This document shows, one piece after another, positions 1-8,500 of a stretch of 59,299 nucleotides of DNA. Every line of letters begins with the position of its first letter. Positions within the stretch are counted from its first letter, which is position 1. The DNA is from Firmicutes bacterium UBA3576 (GTDB lineage: Bacteria > Bacillota > Sulfobacillia > UBA3569). A program made the translations under genes and the position numbers. The stretch covers positions 1 to 59,299 of the forward strand of contig DFND01000096.1 of assembly GCA_002375895.1 (NCBI GenBank), read 5' to 3'. The notes under the pieces are model-generated. The model had not been told where the DNA came from, searched no databases, and saw only the letters and a program-made list of their open reading frames with translations.

Positions 1-1
1 A

Positions 2-97
2 GAACACCTTGCACTAGCGGAAAAGCACTTCCCAACCAGGGAAGCCTTGATTGACTACCTTCACAAGCGAGGAGTTGACTTGGTGGAGGTGCAATGA
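2..97 (+). CDS. 3' end of an unknown gene running in from the left edge (EHLALAEKHFPTREALIDYLHKRGVDLVEVQ*)
   Basis: Manual translation: frame open from nt 2 to TGA at 95-97, then TAG; a terminator-like hairpin follows. Confidence 0.4.
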   Translation, partial: EHLALAEKHFPTREALIDYLHKRGVDLVEVQ

Positions 98-130
98 TAG
101 AGCATCTAACGGTTATCTGCCCCTTGCCGG

Positions 131-159
131 GGTGGTGGTTTCGTAACACTACCACCTTT
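131..159 (+). terminator. Putative intrinsic terminator upstream of the CRISPR leader
   Basis: GGTGGTGGT (131-139) pairs with ACTACCACC (148-156), followed by TTT. Confidence 0.45.
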
Positions 160-223
160 GGACGTCCAGGCCTCTTTTCCTTTTTACATACATTTTAGGA
201 CATTACCTTGCCGACACAGACGG

Positions 224-989
224 GTTTGTGACCCAGCTATAGGGGATTGAAACTCTTCCCTCCTCTCTTTCAAGATAGACATTCAAGGTTTGTGACCCAG
301 CTATAGGGGATTGAAACTACCCCTCACCCGAACACCGAGGGCAGGTGCACTCGGGGTTTGTGACCCAGCTATAGGGGATTGAAACTGGTGCCGAGCAGGT
401 ATTCTACCGTGAGGCGAGGGCTGATCGTTTGTGACCCAGCTATAGGGGATTGAAACAAGAGAAACAAAAGAGAAGAGAGGATTCTCAACAACTCAGTTTG
501 TGACCCAGCTATAGGGGATTGAAACCGGGCCCAGCTCAGGGCTGCCGGCGAGCGCGAGCTCGTTTGTGACCCAGCTATAGGGGATTGAAACTGCCGAGTT
601 CGGAAGCTCGCTCTGCCTCTTGACTGGTTTGTGACCCAGCTATAGGGGATTGAAACCCTCCTCCTCTCCAAAGACTTTCACGCGGATTGAAACCGCGTTT
701 GTGACCCAGCTATAGGGGATTGAAACCTGTTCCCGGATCTGCATACCGACCGACGGCCAAGTTTGTGACCCAGCTATAGGGGATTGAAACCCGTTAGGAA
801 TAGAATGGTAGGCCAATTTGTATTGGTTTGTGACCCAGCTATAGGGGATTGAAACTGCAAGACAGAGGCGGGGCCATTGGCGATGGTGATGTTTGTGACC
901 CAGCTATAGGGGATTGAAACTGTTAGTGACGGTACGCCGGAACATCTGGCCGATCCGCCGTTTGTGACCCAGCTATAGGGGATTGAAAC
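224..989 (+). CRISPR. CRISPR array: 12 identical 30-bp repeats GTTTGTGACCCAGCTATAGGGGATTGAAAC, 11 spacers of 34-41 bp
   Basis: Repeats start at 224, 288, 356, 427, 496, 562, 627, 697, 761, 826, 891 and 960. The 3' ATTGAAAC handle is typical of Cas6-processed type I-B/III repeats and gives the + orientation. A pyrimidine-rich leader-like stretch lies at about 160-223. Confidence 0.99.
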
Positions 990-1246
990 GCCGGCGCTGG
1001 CGCCATGTTCGGTCATCTTCCGCACTGAGAAATGACAGCCCATTTCATCTACCTGCATCTTGCAACCCCAACTTCCCGACTCCCGAGGTACGAACTACCT
1101 TACTCGCCAATCATTGCCTACTATTGAAACCCTGCAACTAGTGGAATACAACAGGGGCCCCACCATGAACACAGCCCGCCCCCGGGGTAACAAAGGCTAT
1201 TCAGCAATGGCATGGTAGGCTAGGATTAGCGCGTAACCTTACAGGC

Positions 1247-1271
1247 AGGAGATGTCAACCACTTGGTGAAT
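1247..1271 (+). promoter_or_regulatory. Possible sigma-H-type promoter upstream of the Crp/Fnr gene
   Basis: AGGA-N17-GAAT; short-motif match only. Confidence 0.3.
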
Positions 1272-1462
1272 TTATGGCACCAAGGTTTTCAAAGACAGGG
1301 AAAGCCCAGGGGGCGGTAAAGGGAGCCAAAACCCCTTTGGATCTCTGCGTATAGCAATCTGGAGATCGCCGCCTCGCTCCAATTACAGACTGCTCTGTCG
1401 TTACAGTCAGGGAACGATGTGGGAAGTTAAGATTCGGAGACTGAATGTAGGGAGTGGAAAGG

Positions 1463-2134
1463 GTGACTGATAACTGGCGGCGCTTGGACTTCTTCGCAGG
1501 GCTCGACCCGGCAGAGCTGGATGTGTTTGAGCAGAAGGTCCTGCTGCGACGATATAGGGCCCGTCAGATAATCTTTCTCGAAGGCGAACCGGGCAACCTG
1601 GTCGGGTTCCTGTTGTCGGGAAAAGTTAGGTTGTACCGCATGTCGGAGGAAGGACGGGAGAAGACCATCCACATCCTAAAGCCCGGCGACATTCTGGGTG
1701 AAAGTGCCTACCTCGACGGGGGCGACCATCCCGTGACGGCGGAGAGCCTTGAGGAAAGCCATCTGGCCCTGTTCCGTCACTCTGATTTCAGACAGCTGCT
1801 CAACGAGCATCCCCATCTGGCGCTACATATCGTAGAGAAGATGAACATTAGGTTACGCCAGGCCTACAGACAGATCAGAAACTTGGCCCTGAAGGATACC
1901 TACGCCCGGACCACCAGCAGGCTTTTCAAATTGGCCCGCGACCACGGTGTGTCCACCGACAGCGGGATCCTGTTGAATCTCTCCCTGACACAGTCGGACC
2001 TGGCCAATATGGTCGGAACTTCACGGGAGACAGTGAGCAGAATTTTGAATGACCTACAACGCAAGGGCATTATCGAAATGAAGCGTTCCAAGATCACCAT
2101 CTTAGACCCCGAGAGGTTGCGGCGGTATACCTAA
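1463..2134 (+). CDS. Crp/Fnr family transcriptional regulator
   Basis: cNMP-binding domain (IFLEGEPG...GDILGE) and C-terminal HTH (LTQSDLANMVGTSRETVSRIL). GTG at 1463 has better SD spacing than 1454. Confidence 0.93.
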   Translation: MTDNWRRLDFFAGLDPAELDVFEQKVLLRRYRARQIIFLEGEPGNLVGFLLSGKVRLYRMSEEGREKTIHILKPGDILGESAYLDGGDHPVTAESLEESHLALFRHSDFRQLLNEHPHLALHIVEKMNIRLRQAYRQIRNLALKDTYARTTSRLFKLARDHGVSTDSGILLNLSLTQSDLANMVGTSRETVSRILNDLQRKGIIEMKRSKITILDPERLRRYT

Positions 2135-2213
2135 TCCCACTCCACCGTGCACAGCCGTGGGTTTGGGGCCAACAACGGCTGCCTCGGTGGTTTAAGAAGA
2201 GGGCCTTAAAGGA

Positions 2214-2894
2214 TCACCCTTCACCGTCAGCATGAACGGTGGATTGCCCGTGCCTCTTAGCGAGCTCTCCTAGTACCTCTCTCAGCGTTGTCCCAGAGTA
2301 CACCAGATAGGCCAGCAGGTGGTACACTAGATCGGCCGCCTCCTCCACAACCCGTCTCCTTCGCTCATCGGAGGGATCTGCCTCCAGGTCCTTTCCTGCG
2401 AGGGCAACCTCCGTCGCCTCCTCCACGATCTTCCTCACCAGGGCATCGGTTCCCCTTCGATACAGAGAGGCCGTGTAAGAGCCCATGGGCATGTCCCGCA
2501 GCCGCTCCCGGAGCACTTGCTCCAGGGTCAGCAGGAGATCTCCGCTGCGTGGGCCGGGCTTCCCCGCCAACCGACGGTGAAAGCAGCTCCTCTCCCCCGT
2601 ATGGCAAGCTCCCTTCCCGAGGGGCTTGGCCAGGTAGAGCAGGGCATCCCGGTCACAGTCGGTGAACACCTGCAGGACCTCGAGCAGGTCGCCGGAAGTT
2701 GCACCCTTCAACCACAGCTCGTCCCTGCTACGGCTGTAAAACCAGGCCCATCCCTCCTCGATGGTCCGGCTCAGGGCCTCCTCATCCGCGTAGGCGAGCA
2801 TGAGGACCTCACCTGTATCCACATCCTGAACCACTACCGGGACGAGACCACGGGAGAAATCCGGCCAACGTGACTCTACCTCAATCAGGCTCAA
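2214..2894 (-). CDS. hisI: Bifunctional phosphoribosyl-AMP cyclohydrolase / phosphoribosyl-ATP pyrophosphatase (HisIE)
   Basis: Motifs [32 protein letters not shown], then KIVEEATE and EEAADLVYH. Confidence 0.96.
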   Translation of the reverse strand: MSLIEVESRWPDFSRGLVPVVVQDVDTGEVLMLAYADEEALSRTIEEGWAWFYSRSRDELWLKGATSGDLLEVLQVFTDCDRDALLYLAKPLGKGACHTGERSCFHRRLAGKPGPRSGDLLLTLEQVLRERLRDMPMGSYTASLYRRGTDALVRKIVEEATEVALAGKDLEADPSDERRRRVVEEAADLVYHLLAYLVYSGTTLREVLGELAKRHGQSTVHADGEG

Positions 2895-3648
2895 TTCTCA
2901 CCGGCACCCCCTCGCGGGCTAGCTCCGCCTTAACCTCCGAGATGCGAAGCTGTCTGTAGTGGAAGACCGAGGCGGCCAAGGGGGCATCGGCGCCGGCGTC
3001 GCGCAGGACCTCCACGAAGTGCCGCGGCTCACCCGCCCCTCCCGAGGCTATCACCGGAATGCTCACCGCAGCCACAACGGCCCTGGTAAGGGCCACAGCA
3101 TAACCCTCCCTGCGGCCGTCCTCGTCCATGCTGGTCAGGAGGATCTCGCCGGCCCCGAGCTCCTGTACGCGCCGTGCCCACTCAACTGCATCTAGGTCCG
3201 TAGGTTTCGAACCCCCATGGGTCCACACCCGCCACCGACCAGGGCCGTCCGCCCTGGCGTCGATGGCAACCACCACGCACTGACTGCCGAAGCGCAGCGC
3301 GGCCCGTGTGATGAGGGCAGGGTCCCGTACAGCCGCGCTGTTTATAGACACCTTGTCGGCGCCAGCGGCCAGGATATCACCGATCTGTCCCTCATCGGAG
3401 ATACCGCCTCCCACCGTGAGCGGGATGAAAACGCGGTCGGCAGTCCTCCTCACAGTCTCCAGAAGGGTACGTCTGCCCTCCTTAGAGGCCGATATATCCA
3501 GGTACACGAGCTCGTCAGCCCCCTCCCTGTCGTAAAAGGCGGCCTGTTCGGCAGGGTCGCCCGCATCTCTCAGGGACTGGAACTGGACTCCCTTGACGAC
3601 CCGTCCGTCCTTAACATCGAGACAAGGTATTATCCGCCTCGTCAGCAT
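2881..3648 (-). CDS. hisF: Imidazole glycerol phosphate synthase cyclase subunit
   Basis: [46 protein letters not shown]. Confidence 0.98.
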   Translation of the reverse strand: MLTRRIIPCLDVKDGRVVKGVQFQSLRDAGDPAEQAAFYDREGADELVYLDISASKEGRRTLLETVRRTADRVFIPLTVGGGISDEGQIGDILAAGADKVSINSAAVRDPALITRAALRFGSQCVVVAIDARADGPGRWRVWTHGGSKPTDLDAVEWARRVQELGAGEILLTSMDEDGRREGYAVALTRAVVAAVSIPVIASGGAGEPRHFVEVLRDAGADAPLAASVFHYRQLRISEVKAELAREGVPVRIEPD

Positions 3649-4372
3649 CGCTCTCCCCCTCTACCGCTCTCATCGCCTCCTCCAGCGTCACCCTCCCGGT
3701 GTACAGGGCCTTGCCCAGGATGACGCCGGCTATGCCGGACACCTCCTCTGCGATGGAGCGGACATCGTCGACTGACGCGATGCCCCCGGCGACCATCACC
3801 CCTAGACTCGGGCAGTTCTCCACAACTCCCTGCAAGAAGGCCAGATCGGGCCCCTGCAGAGTACCGTCGCGGCTCACATCGGTGAGAAGGATGTCCTCGA
3901 TCTCGAGGTCCTGGAGTAGCCGCACTGCCCCCGTCACACCCAGGCCCGAAGCTGCGGTCCATCCGCGAATCATGACCCGGCCCGCCAAGATGTCCAGGCT
4001 CCCGATGATCCTTCCGGGGTAATCCCTCACGAACTGCGGCGGGCCATCTCCCGAGAACAGGGCGGAGCCCATTATGACATAATCGACTCCGGCTTCCAGC
4101 GCCCGGGCCAGCGACGCCTCTCCCCTGACCCCACCGCCGTACTGAACCTTAGCTCCAGTGGCCTCTTTTATCCTGGCCACGACGTCCAGGTTACAAGGCT
4201 CTCCACAGAAGGCCCCATCCAGGTCGACTATATGCAGACGGCGGGCGCCCTGTCTGCACCAGTTCACCGCCGCCTCGACCGGGTCAGCGTATACACTAGC
4301 CCTGTCAGCGCGACCGCGAACCAGCCGCACACACCGTCCGTCCTTGATGTCCACAGCCGGGATGACCATCAT
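3611..4372 (-). CDS. hisA: ProFAR isomerase
   Basis: [43 protein letters not shown]. Confidence 0.97.
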   Translation of the reverse strand: MMVIPAVDIKDGRCVRLVRGRADRASVYADPVEAAVNWCRQGARRLHIVDLDGAFCGEPCNLDVVARIKEATGAKVQYGGGVRGEASLARALEAGVDYVIMGSALFSGDGPPQFVRDYPGRIIGSLDILAGRVMIRGWTAASGLGVTGAVRLLQDLEIEDILLTDVSRDGTLQGPDLAFLQGVVENCPSLGVMVAGGIASVDDVRSIAEEVSGIAGVILGKALYTGRVTLEEAMRAVEGESDADEADNTLSRC

Positions 4373-4983
4373 CAGGCCGCCACCTCCCGGGCGTAGGCCA
4401 ACAGACGCCCCAGGACGGCCAGGCCCGCCCTGCCGCTCTTCTCGGGATGAAACTGCACCCCGAAGATCGAACCCCGCCGCACCGCTGCGGGAAAGGTCAG
4501 GCCGTAGGTCACCCGGGCCAGCACCTCGCCTTCCTCGGGGGCGTGGTAGGAATGGGCGAAGTACAGGTAGCAGGGCTCTCCAGCCGGGAAAAGGGGTGAA
4601 GGGCCCGTCGGCTCAACCAGGTTCCAACCCATATGGGGCACCTTAACCGTCCCCGGCAGTCGCCTCACCCTGCCGGGGAGGAACCCGAGGCCCCTCTCCC
4701 GCCCCCCCTCCTCGCTCCCTTCGTACAGAATCTGCATGCCCAGGCAGATACCCAGGACGGCCTTCCCCGCCTCTCTTGCCGCCTCGATGACCGGTAGTAG
4801 GCCCCGCCGGCGCAGATGGGCCATGGCGTCATCGAAGGCCCCGACGCCCGGCAGGACCAGAATCTCAGCCCTGGTGAGCCGAGCGGGATCAGAGGTAACC
4901 TCCGCCCGATAGCCTAGGAGCCTCAGGGCGTTGTACACACTTCTCACATTGCCGAGGCCGTAATCGACCACGCAGACCAGCAT
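4372..4983 (-). CDS. hisH: Imidazole glycerol phosphate synthase glutaminase subunit
   Basis: VDYGLGNVRSV, LGICLGMQ (catalytic Cys), VPHMGWN, QFHPEKSG. Confidence 0.98.
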   Translation of the reverse strand: MLVCVVDYGLGNVRSVYNALRLLGYRAEVTSDPARLTRAEILVLPGVGAFDDAMAHLRRRGLLPVIEAAREAGKAVLGICLGMQILYEGSEEGGRERGLGFLPGRVRRLPGTVKVPHMGWNLVEPTGPSPLFPAGEPCYLYFAHSYHAPEEGEVLARVTYGLTFPAAVRRGSIFGVQFHPEKSGRAGLAVLGRLLAYAREVAA

Positions 4984-5565
4984 CTAGAGCACACCCTTCG
5001 TAGAGGGAAGGGCCCGACCGTCCGCCCTCGCCGCATCCCTCAGCGCGACGCCGAGCGCCTTGAAACTGGCCTCCGCCACGTGGTGGACGTCCCTGCCGCG
5101 GAGCTCCTCGAGGTGGATGTTCATCGCTGCCTTCCAGGCAACGGCCCTCATGAACTCCGGTACCAGGGCCAGTGGAAAGCCGCCGGCGGTCCCCTTGCTG
5201 GTGAACCGACAGTCAACGTAGGGCCTGCCGCCGAAGTCGACGGCGACCAGGACGAGGGCGTCGTCCATGGGAACGTGGGCGGAGGCGAACCTGCGGATAC
5301 CTCTGGCCTCTCCAAGGGCCCTCCTCAGAGCTTCCCCGAGACATATCCCCACATCCTCCACCGTGTGATGCAGGTCCACGTGTAGATCCCCGACCGCCCT
5401 GACCACGAGGTCCATACTACCATGGCAGGCCAGGGCCTCAAGGAGATGGTCGAAGAAACCTATCCCGGTGGAGATATCGCCCCGCCCCTCGCCGTCAAGA
5501 CAGAGCCTGACCCTGACTTCCGTCTCCCGTGTCCTTCGCTCTACCACAGCTGTCCTTATCGCCAA
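4984..5565 (-). CDS. hisB: Imidazoleglycerol-phosphate dehydratase
   Basis: RETEV, TGIGFFDH, DLHHTVED, HHVAEASFKA and C-terminal PSTKGVL. Exact start uncertain (TTG 5565). Confidence 0.96.
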   Translation of the reverse strand: MAIRTAVVERRTRETEVRVRLCLDGEGRGDISTGIGFFDHLLEALACHGSMDLVVRAVGDLHVDLHHTVEDVGICLGEALRRALGEARGIRRFASAHVPMDDALVLVAVDFGGRPYVDCRFTSKGTAGGFPLALVPEFMRAVAWKAAMNIHLEELRGRDVHHVAEASFKALGVALRDAARADGRALPSTKGVL

Positions 5566-6550
5566 CCCCTCCCAATATCTCCCCTAGGGTCTTCAGGAAG
5601 AGGGCGTTTTCCTCCGGGGTCCCCACGCTGACCCGCAGGTACTTCCGCAGCACCTGATGCCCCGGGTATCTCCTGATGAGGACTCCCTTATCCCTGAGGG
5701 CCCGCCAGAGCAGGTCTGGATCGCATGCCAACGGCCTGAACAGAATGAAATTGGTCTCTGACGGATAGGCTTCGATCCCGTCTATCGCCTGAAGTCCGCG
5801 GTACAGGTCCTGCCGCCAGGCTCGGATGCGCCGGGCCATGGACTCTACCAGGGGTAGGTTCTCCAGCATGAAGAGACCCGCAGCCTGGGCCAAACAGCCG
5901 ACGTTGTAAGGCTGGCGTACCCTCTCCAGCCGCCGGACGAGCTCCTCCGGCGCCAGCACATAACCGAGACGCACCCCCGCCAGCCCGAAGGCCTTGGACA
6001 TCGTGCGGCCGATCATCAGCCTCTCCTCCGAGGCCAGGAACCTGCTCATCCCAGCGTCAAGGGAGAATTCGATGTAGGCCTCGTCCACGAAGACGACGGC
6101 ACCCGAGCGCAGGCACTCTAAGACCAACTGCGGCGGGTAGAGGTTGCCTGTGGGGTTGTTGGGCCTGCAGATGAACACCAAGTCGGGACGCGCGGCGATG
6201 ACCTCTCCGGGCTCGAAGAGGAAGTCTCCGTCCAACTGAACCGTGAACACCTCAGCCCCCAGCGACCGGGCCGCGTCCTCGTACATCTCAAAGGTCGGCC
6301 CCACCACAGCGACCCTGCCCCCCAGAGCAAAGGCGTGACAGGCCATGAAGATCACCTCGTCGCCGCCGTTTCCCACGAGCACCTGGCGGATGTCAACCCC
6401 GGCGTAACGGGCCAGGGCCCGTCTCAGCTCCCACGCCTCACCGTCGGGATACCGCGAGAGCTCCGTACTCGCCAGCCGTTCAGTTAACCCCTCCCGGGCC
6501 TCTTTCGGCAGGGGGATGGGGTTCTCGTTGGCATCGAGCTTGAGTCTCAC
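5495..6550 (-). CDS. hisC: Histidinol-phosphate aminotransferase
   Basis: LDANENP, RYPD, VGNGGDE, PNNPTG, VDEAY, RTMSKAFGLAGVRLGY. Real start is GTG 6550 (SD GGAGGAGG, GTGA overlap with the hisD stop); the ORF-track extension to 6979 is spurious. Confidence 0.95.
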   Translation of the reverse strand: MRLKLDANENPIPLPKEAREGLTERLASTELSRYPDGEAWELRRALARYAGVDIRQVLVGNGGDEVIFMACHAFALGGRVAVVGPTFEMYEDAARSLGAEVFTVQLDGDFLFEPGEVIAARPDLVFICRPNNPTGNLYPPQLVLECLRSGAVVFVDEAYIEFSLDAGMSRFLASEERLMIGRTMSKAFGLAGVRLGYVLAPEELVRRLERVRQPYNVGCLAQAAGLFMLENLPLVESMARRIRAWRQDLYRGLQAIDGIEAYPSETNFILFRPLACDPDLLWRALRDKGVLIRRYPGHQVLRKYLRVSVGTPEENALFLKTLGEILGGVGDKDSCGRAKDTGDGSQGQALS

Positions 6551-7836
6551 CTTGATTCCTCCTCCCGAGCCTGGAGAGCCGCCCCGTGGGCCAGAAGGCC
6601 CTCGGCCTGGGCCAACTCCCGAGCCGTTGGAGACAGCTCCCGGAAGGCCTCCCTGGTACAGTACATGACGTTGCTGGCCACCAGGAAATCGCGCACACCC
6701 AGAGGTGAGGAGAAGCGCGCGGTCCGGCCGGTGGGCAGGACGTGGTTGGGGCCGGCCGCGTAATCGGCGAGGGCCGCGGGGGAGTAGGGCCCCAGGAATA
6801 TGCTGCCGGCGTGTTTGATGTAGGGCAGTAACCTCCAGGGGTCTTCCACCATCAGCTGTAGGTGTTCGGGCGCCAGGTAGTTGACGACCCGGGCTGCTGC
6901 CGCGAGGTCGGGAACCACCACGGCCACCGCGTCCTGGAGGGCGGAGCTGGCCACCTCGCCCCGGGGGAGAGCCCGACATTGCTCCTCGATCTCCTGCCGG
7001 ACCTATCCCGGGATTTCCTCCTCCGTTGTGACCAGGAAGATGCCGGCCTCGGCATCGTGCTCAGCCTGCGCCAGCAGGTCGGCGGCTATCAGGCCCGGAT
7101 CGGCGCCCCCGTCGGCCACCACCGCCACCTCACTGGGGCCGGCCAGCATATCTATACCTACCACGCCGTAGACCTGCCGCTTCGCCTCCGTGACCCAGGT
7201 GTTGCCCGGGCCGACGATCTTGTCCACCCTCTTCACGGTGGAGGTGCCGTAGGCGGCCGCGGCCACGGCCTGCACCCCGCCCAGGGCGTACACCTCCAGC
7301 CGCCCCAGCACGTGGGCTGCGGCCAGCAGGTGGAGATCGGGCCGTCCCGACGGGCCCGGCGGCGTGAACACGGCGATGCGCCCGACGCCTGCAACCCTGG
7401 CCGGGATGGCGGTCATGAGCAAGGACGAGGGATAGGCAGCCGCTCCCCCCGGCACGTAGAGGCCCACGCTCTCCAGGGGCCTATACACCTGGCCGGTCAC
7501 CAAGCCGCTGGCCCCGACCGACCACCACGACGACTCCCTCTGGCGGGAGTGGAACTGCTCAATGCGCTCGGCGGCGCGTCTTACGGCCTCGAGGAAGGCC
7601 GGTGAAACCCTCGCCGCCGCCTCTTCCATCTCCTCAGGTCCAACCCCGATGTCAGCGGCCCGCCTGAAGCTAACACCATCGAACATCCTGGTATATTCCA
7701 ACAGAGCCTCATCACCGCGCCGGCGTACGTCACGGATGATGGCCTCGACCCTCTCCCGGCGCACATGCCGCCTATCACCTCGCTCCAAGAGCTCCTCAAG
7801 GCGCCCCTCCCAATCCCCGGTGATCAGCCGCAACAT
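6547..7836 (-). CDS. hisD: Histidinol dehydrogenase, 429 codons, with an in-frame TAG at codon 278 (7003-7005)
   Basis: ATG 7836 with [31 protein letters not shown] and DLLAQAEH precede the [30 protein letters not shown] and FSSPLGV follow it in the same frame. Could instead be a pseudogene. Confidence 0.93.
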
Positions 7837-8477
7837 CTGTCTCCCCCCTTCATCGCCTCCCTGAGCCCCTCGACCAGGCGCCGGATGGCACCGCCCTTGA
7901 GCCTCAGGCTCGCGGGGTTGGCGATGAGGCGCCCGCTGACCCAACCGAGCTCGGCGATAACCTCCAGCCCATTGGCTCGCAGCGTACTGCCCGTGGATAC
8001 GAGGTCGAGCACGACGTCGGCCAACCCCACGAGGGGTGCCAGCTCCGCGTTGCCGTGGAGCTTAATTACCCTGGCCTCCAAACCCATCTCCCCTAGCGCC
8101 TGTTCGGCAATGCAGGGGTACTTGCTGGCCACGTTCAGGGTAGGACACCTCTACCACTCCCCATCCGGATAGCGGCCGGCGGGGGCCGCGAGCACGATCC
8201 TGCACGGAGTTAAGCCGAGGTCGAGAAGCTCGTAGACCTCGCCTCCCTGCTCCATGAGGACGTCCTTGCCCACCACGCCCACGTCCACGGCTCCGGCCTC
8301 CACATAGGTGGGCACGTCGAAGGACCGCATGATGACGAACCTGTAGTCGGGTAGGTCGTAGATGAGCTTGCGGGTTTCTCCCGACAGCCCCTGTACCGGC
8401 AGTCCCGCCGAGGCCATTAGCTCCACCGCCGACGAAAAGAGCTTCCCCTTGGCAAGGCCGATGCTGACCTTCTCCAC
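7824..8477 (-). CDS. hisG: ATP phosphoribosyltransferase, short form, 217 codons, with an in-frame TAG at codon 109 (8151-8153)
   Basis: IGLAKGK, DVPTYVE and DVGVVGKDVL precede the TAG. VASKYP, LHGNAELAP and DLVSTGSTLRANGL follow it in the same frame. Could instead be a pseudogene. Confidence 0.93.
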
Positions 8478-8500
8478 TCTCTTCTTCCCTCTACCCTGGA

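Noticed and set aside
94-198. 34-codon ORF MIEHLTVICPLPG... after the edge gene
   Set aside because: It runs through a terminator hairpin into the CRISPR leader, has short SD spacing and no recognisable homology.
386-426. Self-targeting of spacer 3 against cas10 (partial resemblance to about 13431-13450)
   Set aside because: Only a short, mismatched similarity. An exhaustive spacer-versus-window alignment could not be run by eye.
369-1058. ORF-track proteins 369..671 and 774..1058
   Set aside because: They are translations of the CRISPR array (FQSPIAGSQT and VSIPYSWVTN are repeat-derived).
5495-5565. 71-nt hisC/hisB overlap as a functional HisC C-terminal extension
   Set aside because: The tail has no conserved features, and one extra G in the GGGG run near 5566-5569 would end hisC at a nearby TAA. 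A homopolymer error or lost stop is more likely, but I cannot test this without reads.
6955-8153. Frameshifts or indel errors as the cause of the split hisG and hisD ORFs
   Set aside because: The gaps between halves are 18 and 48 nt, both multiples of 3, and the only interruption is a single TAG in each.
6990-8160. PYLIS/SECIS-like hairpins at the two TAG codons (GGTAG/CTACC in hisG; CCGG/CCGG around the hisD TAG)
   Set aside because: Only 4-5 bp stems, dissimilar to each other and expected by chance in GC-rich DNA. Selenocysteine uses TGA, not TAG.
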